64,000 nucleotides of DNA from the human T2T-CHM13v2.0 reference genome, Homo sapiens. A model generated the notes under the pieces. The model worked only from the letters and a program-made list of their open reading frames with translations. It was not told where the DNA came from and ran no database searches. The stretch lies in assembly GCA_009914755.4 (NCBI GenBank), contig CP068257.2, forward strand, positions 43,456,001 through 43,520,000, written 5' to 3'. Shown here piece after piece: positions 40,962 to 52,404 of this stretch (within the stretch, counting starts at the first letter, position 1; each line of letters begins with the position of its first letter). The translations under genes and the position numbers were made by a program.

Positions 40962-43900
40962 ACAAGATGAAATTGAAATGGCCAATGAGCACACCCTCAT
41001 TCATCCAGCGAGCATTGAGGACCCCCTAGAGGCCAGGCCCATGAGTGATGAAGATCCCGAGGATGAAGACGCCTTGCCAGCCAGGTCAGTGGGTGATGGC
41101 ATTTGTGGTCAGGGGCACCCAGCACCACACCCCTGGCTGCCGTTGACAGCTGGGTGAGTCCCCTGCTGCCTGGGCAGAGCCACCTCTGCAGATGCCCAGG
41201 TGGGTCTCCTGGGGCAGGGACTGGCAGGCTGTAGCCTGTGAGCAGATTCTGGGACCTGAAAGCTAAGGATGGTTTTTACATTTTTAAGGAGTTATAAAAC
41301 AAACAGAAAAGGAAGAATCTGCAACAGAGACCATAAGTGGTCTGCAAAGCCAAAGGTTTATAGAAATGGGCAGACCTGCTCTAAGGGGCCTGCTTGCTGA
41401 TGGGGCCTTGTCTGGATTGCCAGTTCTACTAATTCTGGAATTGGAAGTTCTCATGGAGGACTGTGTGCTGGGTAGGATTTCCAGATCCCAAGATGCTTTG
41501 GCTGCATTCAAACCCACAGGGCAGAGAGAGCCCTCCGCCCTGTTCCTTGGCAGAGGCCTCCACACTCCGTGTGCTGACCGGCCTGCCAGAATGACAACAA
41601 CTGTCAGCTGTCTGCATCCTCCTGGCACCCCTTAGTGTGGCTGCATACTGAGGGGAGTTAAAACCATAAACAGGTGGAGAATATCTCCTTCCAGGGAATC
41701 TCAGAGGACTCAGTGATTTAAGAGGAAAAGACCAAACTGCTGCTTTCAGCAGGACCACTGTGTGCTGCCTGCCTGTCAGTGCATACAGATACGGGGTCCT
41801 GAGTTGGTGACCTCAAAACCGTGAGCGGTAGATAGACAGAGTAGCCCCTAATGAAGCAGAAAGACTAGAAGAGACAGGACCTAATTTAGGTCGAAAAGCA
41901 AAGTGAGGCCTCAGAAGATGAAGGCAGAGTGCGAGAAAGGCTTTCTGGAACTGACAAGTCTGCCATCCACATTTCGAAATGTATTAGAAAAATTGGAAAA
42001 AAAACATACGAAGTGTAGAATGTCAGCAGAAAGGTGTGGCCACAGTCAAGAGGGCCCTCTGTGGGTCCTGTGGTCCTGGACTGCAGGTGGGCCCAGTGGA
42101 GACTGTGCTGCCCCTCACCCTCCCCGGTGGGTCCTCTGTGATGGGGGTGGGTGAAGCTGAGTGCTGTCCTGAAAATCTGACCATGCACAGCCCCTTTCCA
42201 AAGACCCTTCTAATTTTAGAGGCCGCCAGCAGCCACGGGACTAGGCAGCATCAGAGCAGGGACACAATGTGAGTCATATGCGCCTGTGTTCATCCTGTGG
42301 TGTCCCTGGGCCCATGGGGGTGGGAGGGATCAGAGGGATCGGAGGGAGGGGAGTAAAACCAGGGGAAGGAGTGGAGGACCACGAACTCCCTCCCCTTCTT
42401 GGTGGCCAGCTGCTGTGAGGACTCGCTCTCTTAGGACAGGTCCACTGTCTCTGAGCTCTGGTTCTGGCCTCCTGTCAGGTGCCCTCGTGCGGGAATGAGT
42501 GAGGGACAGCAGGGCAGGCTTTCCAGGCTTCCAGCAAGCTCTACATGATGGGTGGGGAGACCCTGCTCTTAAAAACATGTGGACCCTTAGCATTCTTCTT
42601 CCTCAGACCTGGGGCCTCAGCCTAAGCTGAGATGACAGGGAAGAACTACAGATACACCAGATTTAGGGAAAATAACGTCAAGTGGTGCAGACAAGTGGAA
42701 CTGCTGCTTGTGAAGTGGGCTGTGGAGTCGTGATGTTTGCTACGCCCGGCACCATGTTTCAGAACCTGTAGCAGCGCTCAAGAGAGAATCATTCCTTTAA
42801 CAACAAACATGTACTGAGCCCCTGTGGGGAGGCACTGACCGAGGCCTGGGGACAAATGTGGGGACAGACCAGTCCTGTGGTGACAGCTGGCGGGGGTAGA
42901 AAACAGTAGAGCTGCCCCACCAGCCAGCGGCTGCTGGGAGAGCAGGGGTGTTCCCGCACCCAGAGGAGGCACCCTGCCGCTCTCCCCCAGGTTGCTTGGT
43001 GTGTGCGCTGCAGGGAGAATCCCGCCCCCAGCTGGTGTCCACAGGGGCCAGGGACACTGGTAGGTAGGTGTGGAACAAGGGAGTTTGTGACTTGGGATTG
43101 TTTTCTACTTAAAAAATAATCTGAGTAAAGCTTGGTTTAAACAGCATCAAGTTAAAAAAATTCCTAAGAAGTGGTTGGATTCCCAGTTTATATGTGGCTT
43201 TAAGGTTCTGAAGAAGTACACAATTAACCACAGAAGTATGACTTGAATAGATAAGAATTTAACAAAATACACACTGTTGGGTGTAAAATCATAAATATCT
43301 GAAGTTCTTAGAAATTGGTAATTTTCTTTTAGCTTTGCTGTGCTCTGAGCATGACTAAACTAAAAGTAATGAATCCAGACCTTGAAGACTGGTGTGTGTG
43401 TAAAAGGCAAGAAGTGAGAAGATTCACGTGTAGATCCAGGACAATCTGAATTTACTTCTGTTCAGTAGTTCCCAAAGGCTTTTTCTACATGGAGGGACTC
43501 GGAGTGACACAGCAGCTCCCTCTTGTGGGCAGATTCCCCTGTGTAAGGTGCTGGAGGCTGAGGTTCCAGCCTGCAGCCGCTTGTGATCCTGATATGTGGA
43601 GAGTTCTGGAAGACTGATGACTGCTGACCCCCTTCTTAACCTACGCCATCGCCATGCTGGTGGTGGGGATGGGGCTCTTGGCCATTCCTGCCCCTTGGCT
43701 GCCCTTCCTTGGTCTGAGGGTACGTGGGTGGCCCTTCGGGTGTGCCAGGAGCTTTGTGCTTTAGTGACCAACAGTCCCCTGATGTGTGAAGGCCCATCAA
43801 TCCGATTTAAAATAAAACATTTGAAGTCTCTTCAGAGGACGGTGTGAGGATGTCTGCGTTCAGTGATGGAGCTTGGCCTCTGCCTTGCCCCTGATTGAGG

Positions 43901-45174
43901 CTCTGAGGGTTCAGATACAGTCTCTGCCCACTGCATGTGAACAGCCTGGTGGGTGTGGAGGGGAGGAAGCCTGTGATGATGGTGGCACTGTGAGGAAAGT
44001 GGGGATGGAAGGAGGTGTGCCCAGGAGGCAGGGCAGGAGAGTTCATGGATGTAGGGTTGCAGCAAGTCTGGAAAGCTGGGTTTGTTTTCCAGGGAGATGG
44101 CATGGGAGGTGGGCACCCCAGGCAGGAGGGGCTCTGGATATGACTCCAGAAGCCTGGTGGGCTGGAGGGGAGGGAGAGGCTGGGCCTGCTGGGGGCAGGA
44201 AAAGGGCAGACCTGTGCTTAATTTCAATTTCTATGGGAGTGATGCCCTCAAACTTAGAAGGGCTTTTGATGAGAAGCGATAGAGTATAGCTCTTGCCCTC
44301 CTCAGTGGCATCACTGATTTTTTAAAATGCATTTTAGATATTTGTATTTCTATATTAATTAGTATTAGGATTGGCTATAAGTGACAGAGATGCAACATAA
44401 TAGGAGCTTAACCAAGAGAAAGGGCTGCATCCTGCACTTGCTATTGTTTGATTTATGAACTTTAGACATTAACTGTGCACTGTTAGTTCACATGGAGGAG
44501 GATTTAGCTCCGTGACGTTTCTCCAACCTTCTTTTCCTGTATCATTTAGGATTGATTCTGGGTGAAGGTCACAGCATGACTCACAGTATCTTACACACCT
44601 TGGATGTATATACGCACTTCTTATGTCGTAAGTAATCCAGAGGGAGGAGTTTGCTAGAGCTAGTCCAGAGTTCAGCCATCTTAGGGCTCTGGGTGAGTAT
44701 CGCTGCAGTACAGCAGCAGCAGCTTTAGACACCACTTCTGTGTTTAAGGCAGGAACAACTGAGAAGGAGCAGGCCGTGGAGCTCTTGTCTATTCCTTTTG
44801 TCAGAGACATTGTGGAAGCCCTCAGCATATTTTCACCTGTCTTTCACCAGAACTGTGTCTTTCTCCTTGGCAAGAAGTGTGTTTTGTGGCCAGCTTTAGT
44901 CACAAAAGAGACAGAAAATGAGCCTTTCATTTTTGTGGCACCCTTGGTAGAGGGGTAGGGGAAAGGGCTTCAGGACGAGCACTGGATCAGCTTACCAAGC
45001 CTGAAACCACGCCCCCTGCTGGTCATCCTAGAGACTGAGTGGCCCATGTGCTCGTGGCCTGTGGGCCCTGGGCGGCCTCTCAGTTTCCTGCATGGAAGGC
45101 AGCAGAAGCACTTATCCGGCCCTCAGCTCCTCGGTGGTGTCAGTTTGTCTGACCTCTGTCAGTTTGTTGTCTTC

Positions 45175-45472
45175 TTTTTTTTTTTTTTTTAAGACAGAGT
45201 CTCGCTCTGTTGCCTAGGCTGGAGTGCAGTGGCACAATCTTGGCTCACTGCAAGCTCCGCCTCTCGGGTTCAAGCGATTCACCTGCCACAGCCTCCTGAG
45301 TAGCTGAGACTACAGGCGCATGCCACCATGCCTGGCTAATTTTTGTAGTTTTTGTAGAGACGGGGTTTTGCTGTGTTGCCCAGGCTGGTCTTGAACTCCT
45401 GGGCTCAGGTGATCCACCCATCTCAGCCTCCCACTGTGCTGGGATTACAGGCGTGAGTCACTGCTCCCAGCC
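45175..45472 (-). mobile_element. Alu SINE, minus orientation, poly-T tail of 16
   Basis: ttttttttttttttttaagacagagtctcgctctgttgcctaggctggagtgcagtggcacaatcttggctcactgcaagctccgcctc ... gctgggattacaggcgtgagtcactgctcccagcc. Confidence 0.95.
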
Positions 45473-45620
45473 TTGTTTGTCTTCTGTGTTACCAAAGTAG
45501 AAAACTTCTTCTGTTCTGTAACCTTGGTTCAATCAAAGTTCCAAATTCATAAATGGCACTTATATTATTATGACGATTGCTGAAAGTCATGCCACAGTTT
45601 AATTTGCTTTATACTTGGAT

Positions 45621-45739
45621 TTGGTATACTTGATTTTTTGGTTCTGTTTTCTCTTTTTCCTGATTTCCTTGATTTTTTTGGTTCCGTTTTCTCTTTCTCC
45701 TGGTTTCCTTGATTTTTTGGCTCCGTTTTCTCTTTTTCC
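45621..45739. repeat. Tandem repeat, about 40-bp unit (cttgattttttggttccgttttctctttttcctgatttc) x 3
   Basis: Three consecutive copies at about 90 percent identity. Confidence 0.9.
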
Positions 45740-46043
45740 CATATTCTTGCCTGGCATGGAGTGGTAGAGCAGAGTGGGGAATGGAGTTGAGTTTGGATCC
45801 AGCGGTCGAGCAAGTGTCTCAACTCCCATGCTCAGCTTCCTCCTCTGTCACGTGGGGCAGGGAAGGTGCCTGTCGGGCGCAGCGAGCGTGGTGAGTGGTA
45901 GTGTGGGGCCGCGTGCGCCCGTGGGCCCTGAGCATCAGCACTTCTGCCTCTCCGTGTTCTCTTGTTGAGAGGGACCACTGCCTTTCTTATGCTATCGCCA
46001 GCCTTTTCCAGCTTATTCATTCTGTTTCTTGGAACCCATTTAA

Positions 46044-46484
<441 letters not shown>

Positions 46485-46857
46485 TAATATATTCTGACAA
46501 ATGTATGCCAGTGCCACACCACCAAGCAGCTGAGGTAGAGAATATTCTTACCCCAAAAAGTTTCCTCTTACCCCGTGCAGATGTCCTACCCATCAGGGCC
46601 CAGGGCGACCTTGTCTGATGTTGATGTCCCATCAGATGGTTTGTATTCAGCAGAGCACCTAGACCAGGCTGTGAGGTACAGGTCCGCCCCTGGCAGCCCA
46701 TGCCTTGTAGCTTCTGGGTGGCTCCTGGCTTGGTTGCTGTGGTGTGGAGCGTTGAGTGACCTCTGCAGAACAGCAGATGGTGCTGTAGGGCCGCTTCTAA
46801 GACTCAGTGGAGGAGGCTCAGTGGCGTTCTGAGCGGTGGCCACCAGGACAAACCTCT

Positions 46858-46912
46858 TGTCTTTACACCATCTGTGTGTGTGTGCGTGAGTGTATGTGTG
46901 TGTGCATTCCAG
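46858..46912. repeat. Imperfect (TG)n / TG-rich simple repeat
   Basis: atctgtgtgtgtgtgcgtgagtgtatgtgtgtgtgcattccagtgtgcg. Confidence 0.8.
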
Positions 46913-47161
46913 TGTGCGTCCAGAAGCCAGTTTCCTTCAGAAAGCTTTCTGTTCCCTGGCTTCATTTTTACCATTTAGAGGACCTGTGAAGCAATGAGAT
47001 GGAATACTTATAGCTGGTTTAATTCAGTGAGTGATCTGAATTGTAAATAAAATTTTATCAAGTAATTTATAAATTTGATATAATAAATTAAGTCTGCGGA
47101 AGGGGCTGATTGTGTTATGGAATGAGAAGTTTTGTACATCTTTTGCAATTCTAAAAATTGT

Positions 47162-47459
47162 GGCCAGGTGTGGTGCTCAAGCCTATAATCCTAGAACTTT
47201 GGGAGGCTGAGACAGGAGGATTGCTTAAGCCCAGGAGTTTGAGACCAGTCTGGGTAACATGGTGAACCCCTGTCTGTACAAAAAATAAAAGTAAAAATAA
47301 ATTAGCCAGGCATGGTGGCACATGCCTGTAGTCCCAGCTACTCGAGAGGCTGAGGTGGGAGAATTGCTTGATCCCAGGAGACGGGTGGCAATGAGCCAAG
47401 ATTGTGCCAATGCACTCCAGCCTGGGCGACAGAGCGAGACCCTGTCTCAAAAAAAAAAG
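47162..47459 (+). mobile_element. Alu SINE, full length, plus orientation
   Basis: ggccaggtgtggtgctcaagcctataatcctagaactttgggaggctgagacaggaggattgcttaagcccaggagtttgagaccag ... gacagagcgagaccctgtctcaaaaaaaaaag. Confidence 0.95.
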
Positions 47460-47861
47460 TTGTGACTTTGCTGTGTAGTCTTTGTGTAACATAATTTTAT
47501 GATTCTATTGTTTTAAGCTTAATATTCCAAATAGGTAATAATTATGTTAAAATGCAAAAAATTAGCCTATACTCTCATGATCTAAATATGTAGTAGTGGT
47601 TTTACAGAATATATTTCAAAGGATTGCCATTCTGTTTTATTTTTAGTAGCCAGTTATAGAAAGCATTATTTTTAAATAATGCCTAAGAATCTTTAAAGAA
47701 ATACCTGTCAATGTATGTTCCAGTTTAGTATCAAATTTATATTCAGAGCTCATAAGAATTTAAAAAGTTTCCCAGAGTCTGTAAATGGGATGGAGCTGTC
47801 CTTCAAGGGTGATAGTCCCCCTAGGTTTGAGTTGTCCTCTGCTGCTAGCATAGTACCACCT

Positions 47862-48393
47862 GAGCTACCTGTGGGCCACCTTCACCACCCGTGGGTCCCT
47901 CCAGCCACCCCAGGGACACCTTAGCCTCCCTGGGTCGCCTTAGCCACCCCTGGGCCATGTTAGCCACCACAGGATCACCTTAGCATCCCTGGGTCACCTT
48001 AGCCACCCCAGGGTCACCTTAGCATCCCTGGGTCGCCTTAGCCACGCCTGGGCCATGTTAACTACCACAGGATCACCTTAGCATCCCTGGGTCGCCTTAG
48101 CCACCCCAGGGTCTCCTTAGCCATCCCAGGGCCACCTTAGCCACCTGTGGGTTACCTCAGCCACCAGTGAGTCACCTTAGCTACCCCAGGATCACCTTAG
48201 CCATTTGTGGGTCACCTTACCCACCCTTTCACCTTAGTCACTCATGGTCAGCTTAGCTGTTTGTGGGTCACTTAGCCACCCCTGGGCCACTGTAGCCACC
48301 TCTGGGTGTCCTTAGCCACCCCCGGGCCACCTTGGCCACTCTGGGTCACCTTGTCTACCCCTGGGTTACCTGAGCCACCCTTGGTCACTGTCT
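47862..48393. repeat. Minisatellite, about 25 copies of a 20-bp unit (gggtcaccttagccacccca), with an internal higher-order repeat of about 100 bp
   Basis: Directly visible. Units differ mainly at gggtc[a/g]cc and ccc[c/a][a/t]g. A block of about 100 bp (gggtcgccttagccac.cctgggccatgtta.c.accacaggatcaccttagcatccctgggtc) recurs at about 47930 and 48030. Confidence 0.95.
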
Positions 48394-51300
48394 GTGGGTG
48401 CTTGCTTGCTTTAAGCCACATTATGCTACTGCAGCTAATTAAGGTCGCTCAATTCAAGTGTCTCCTTTTTTTGGGCTCCTGCCTTCTTTTTGTTTTTCAA
48501 ATCGAACACCCGCTATACTCATTTGAGAAGTGTAGACTTTGATTTTTAACCCTAAGTTGCATGGTAAAGTCACCTTTAAAGCCAATGGAAAAAGCTTAAT
48601 TGAATTCATTTGTTTGAAGAAGTAGAGGAATGTTGCAAGTAGACTGAAAGTTATACTTAGTCTGTTCTGTTTGAAACCATTCTCATTCAGAAAACAGAAA
48701 TGTGTTTATGTAAAGAAATATGTTACTTGACTTAATATTGTAAGGAATCTTAATTGAGAAAATAAGTAGTTGTGTTTTTTCTTTAACTGGGCAGCATTGT
48801 AGCGGGGTGGAGTGTGGGTCCCCAGGTTGGAGAGCTCTGGATTTGGAGTGGATCCTAGCACATGGCCACCATGTGACCTTGGGCAGTGACTCAGCCCAGC
48901 TGGCTGCCAGGCTGCTCCCCATGAGGTGGTGGGAGCCGTGTGGGATCTGCCTACTGGGTGTGCAGCTGCTGCGGCCTAAGCGGCGTCCTTGCTTGGTCCC
49001 CCCATGAACTCAGGGGTGTGGCCTGGCTCCGTCATGTGTTTTGCAGGGGGATCTGAGGGGCCCAGAAGGTAAGAAATTGCCTACGGCCCTTGGCTAATAG
49101 AAGAGGGAGCAGGGCTTTGACCAGGGGGACCAGCTAGTGACTCTGTGCTGGTTACTACTTTACCAACACCATGGCCATGCTGCACAGCTGTGCAGCCTCC
49201 ACCCACAAAGGCCAAAGCTCCAATGGCATCTGCGATGCTTGTAAAACAAGTAGCAGCCGTGTCCAGCCTGCTGCTCTGAAACCTCAGTCTCCTTTACTGA
49301 GATTTGATGATGTTTAAATGAGCAAATGCATGTGTAGTGATTGGCAGGTGGCCATCGCTCAGCCGACTTTTCCTGTGCCCTCTGCTTCGGCAGGTGCCCT
49401 TCCTGGCTCCCTGCTTCTTCCTCTCCTAACCTCCTGGCACTGTGCTCCTCACTCAGGAATTGCACCCAGCATCACCTCTGCAGGTGAGTCCCACACCTTC
49501 CCCCTGCTCTCCAAACTCAGACCCCAAGTCCAGCAGCATCTTCTCTCAGGCATCTATAGACCTCCACAACTTAAGACATCCAAATTCTCATTCCCTTGCC
49601 TTGCCATAATCTTCCCATCTCAGCAGCTCCTTCCTTCCAGGCTCTCAGGCTGAAGGTGGCCTATCCTTTCTTTTCTATCCCACATGGCAGCCAGGAGGCC
49701 TGTGGGCGGTGCCTTCAGGACATGCCTCTTGTGCCCCTGTCCCCTACTCTGGCCTGAGTGTTCCTTTTAAAACTAGGTCAGAACTAGATTAAAGCCCGTG
49801 TCCAAGATGCTGCCACAGTCTCTTGCCACCATATGACTGCCATGTCCTCACTGTGGCCCAGGAGGTCCCATGTGCAGAGCCGCTGGACCTCCGTCTCCTC
49901 TCACTCTCTGTTAACTGTGCTGCTGTCAGACTGGCTGCCTGGCTGTTCCTGGGCGGTTTCAGGTGCTGCGGCTACCTAGAACCTTCCATCTTCCTTTCTT
50001 CACTCTTCCCAGAAGAGAACACTCTTCCCAGCTGTCTTACGGCCAGCTTCCTCACCACCTCGCTGCAGTCTTTTCCGCAATGGCATCGCCACTACTGCCC
50101 TCCCACATCCAGCCATCATCCTAGAATAACAGCCACTGTTGTCCCCTGACACTTGATGGCAGTTCATCTTTTATGACCCCCATTGTCCCCATTGTCAGTT
50201 GTCTTTTTTTTTCCTTATTAGAACATAAGCTCCAGGAAAGCAGATGTTAACGTCTTTGTTCACTGATGTATCTCAGGCATTTAGGACAGTACTGGTACAT
50301 AGTAGATGCTCAGTAAATAGTTAGATGAATGAATATTTGCTACTTTTCTTATTGACAGACATTTCTGAGGTACTTTAATATTACGTTAAGTAATGTTACA
50401 ATTTCCCATGTGTTGATTTTATGTAAATAATGAGTAAATTACTCTCATAGAGATTTTAGAATTCTAATAAACTCATATTTCCCCTTCTTAAAAGAGTAGA
50501 AAAATGCTTTTAAGAGTTTTCCTAAATTAATATTCTGGGAACATTAAATTTTAGAACTTTACTCTGAGGGCATAGATAAAAATAAAATTAATTAGATACC
50601 AGGAATGTCAGATGCTAAATGGTGTATGGCTATTTGTGACATTCTCCTAGAATTAAACAGTTATTAACTTGCAAAGACATGGCAGCTGAAGTCAGAAATT
50701 GATGAACTTTTAAAGTTGGGAAAAAAAGAGCTTTAAGGTATCTTATTAAAATTGTAAACTGTCAGTTTAATCATCATAGAAACCATACCTGATACAGTAA
50801 ATCGTTGCTATTCTGCTTTGAATTTCTGGATTCTCATGAATCAGACATTCTATTTTTATGTTTCTCTTCAATAATCCTAAAGGTGGAAGAAAGAAATGGG
50901 AAGAAAAAGGAAGAGAACCATAGCTACGTTGTGAGGGCATTGCTTCAACTCTGGTAACTTCATGTGAAATGACTACAAAATGAATTAATATGCAGTAAGA
51001 GAGCCAGTGCCCCACCAGGGCACCTTTCCACTTGCTGGCACACAGATTTACCACAATTAGGATACTGCTTGTCCTGTCATGCCGGGAGAGTCTAAATTAC
51101 TCTGACTTTCAAGAAACCAAAAATATGCATTTTTGATGTTAGGAAGATTTACTGTGCATTGGGCTGTGTCATTTGATGAGGAAAAAACCAAATGATCTCT
51201 TTATGAAAATGAAGGTAAAATATATGTAAATGCCATTTTAATCTAACTTTTTATATGAATGTAGAACAAATATCAAACAGGATTATACAGTGTGATAGTC

Positions 51301-52246
51301 AGGAAAGTAGCATGCTTTTGTGTTTTATAGACTAGTCTAAAAGGAGCCCCAGTAGACTTGGTATTGTTAAACCAAGGAGATCTTGAGAACTGTTCTGTCT
51401 CCCTTGTGCCCATAGAATTGTAGCCTGTGGAGGTGACCAAGGAACCAGATCCCAAGAGGCCTCTGCCACTGAAAGGAGATTTTTATTACTTGCGTTTCCT
51501 AGACGGGGGGGCACTCGCGCCAAGCAGGCCCACAGGGCACACTGGTGTCAGTCAAGGGGCAGAAAGGAGCCACAGGAAAGCCCAGGACAGAGCCTGAGTG
51601 GGGTTTCTGTGGGAAAGGCAGGGCAGGGCACCCGTGTAGGAATGGCTAGTGTGAACAGTTCCAGTGGGCCCTGGGCTGTAGGAGAGATCACTAGCTGCCT
51701 GCTACCAGGCCCTGGGGTGATTTCGGGCAGGCGGGCAGTTAGATAAGGGAGGTGGGTAGAGCCGACCACCTGCCTGGAACCCTGTGCTGGCTATAAGCCC
51801 TGGGAGGGCCAGTCTCTCCCTGTGTCTGTAAGGCCCACAAATGCCAAAGCATTAGGAATAAGAAAATGGACGTAATAGAATTGATCCTGTGAGGACTGGA
51901 TGCCTAACTGCCACATACAGAATGTGAGAAAGCACAGAACAACTGCCTTCATTGACAAGATGGTGCCCAGAGCTCAAGACAGGCACACAGCAGGAGGATG
52001 CCGGCAGGATCCCTCAACAAGCTTACCGTGGTATCTTTCACAATGTTAACTGTCATCCCAGATGAACTTTTAATGACAGTGTATCTCTGAAGATTGTGCT
52101 TTTAGCGTATTTTCACTTAAAGTCATATCTCATTTAGTAGACCTGCCAGATTCCTGAAAAGTTACACACAAGCCAGCTGACATGACCTTTGCCAGTCATG
52201 TTGACCACGTTCTCACCGAGCTGTGGACTCCTCACTAGGAGCCTTT

Positions 52247-52404
52247 ACCTACGGCCAGATGGCTGTTGTCACTGCCTGTGGTGGGGTTACGGTTTCGGAC
52301 TCACCTGATCCGTTCTGCCGGGATTACCTACGGCCAGATGGCTGTTGTCACTGCCTGTGGTGGGGTTATGGTTTCGGACGCACCTGATCCGTTCTGCCGG
52401 GATT
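52247..52404. repeat. Tandem duplication, 79 bp x 2, with two mismatches
   Basis: acctacggccagatggctgttgtcactgcctgtggtggggtta[c/t]ggtttcggac[t/g]cacctgatccgttctgccgggatt occurs twice back to back. The track ORFs 52266-52448 and 52345-52590 share the peptide MSLPVVGL.FRTHLIRSAGI because of it. Confidence 0.95.

Noticed and set aside
39725-41000. Cluster of 270-420-aa ORFs on both strands (CARQWCVRPTGV... / HTPLSGTHHCRA...)
   Set aside because: All six overlapping frames are simultaneously open across the GC-rich VNTR, which is diagnostic of a repeat artefact rather than a gene.
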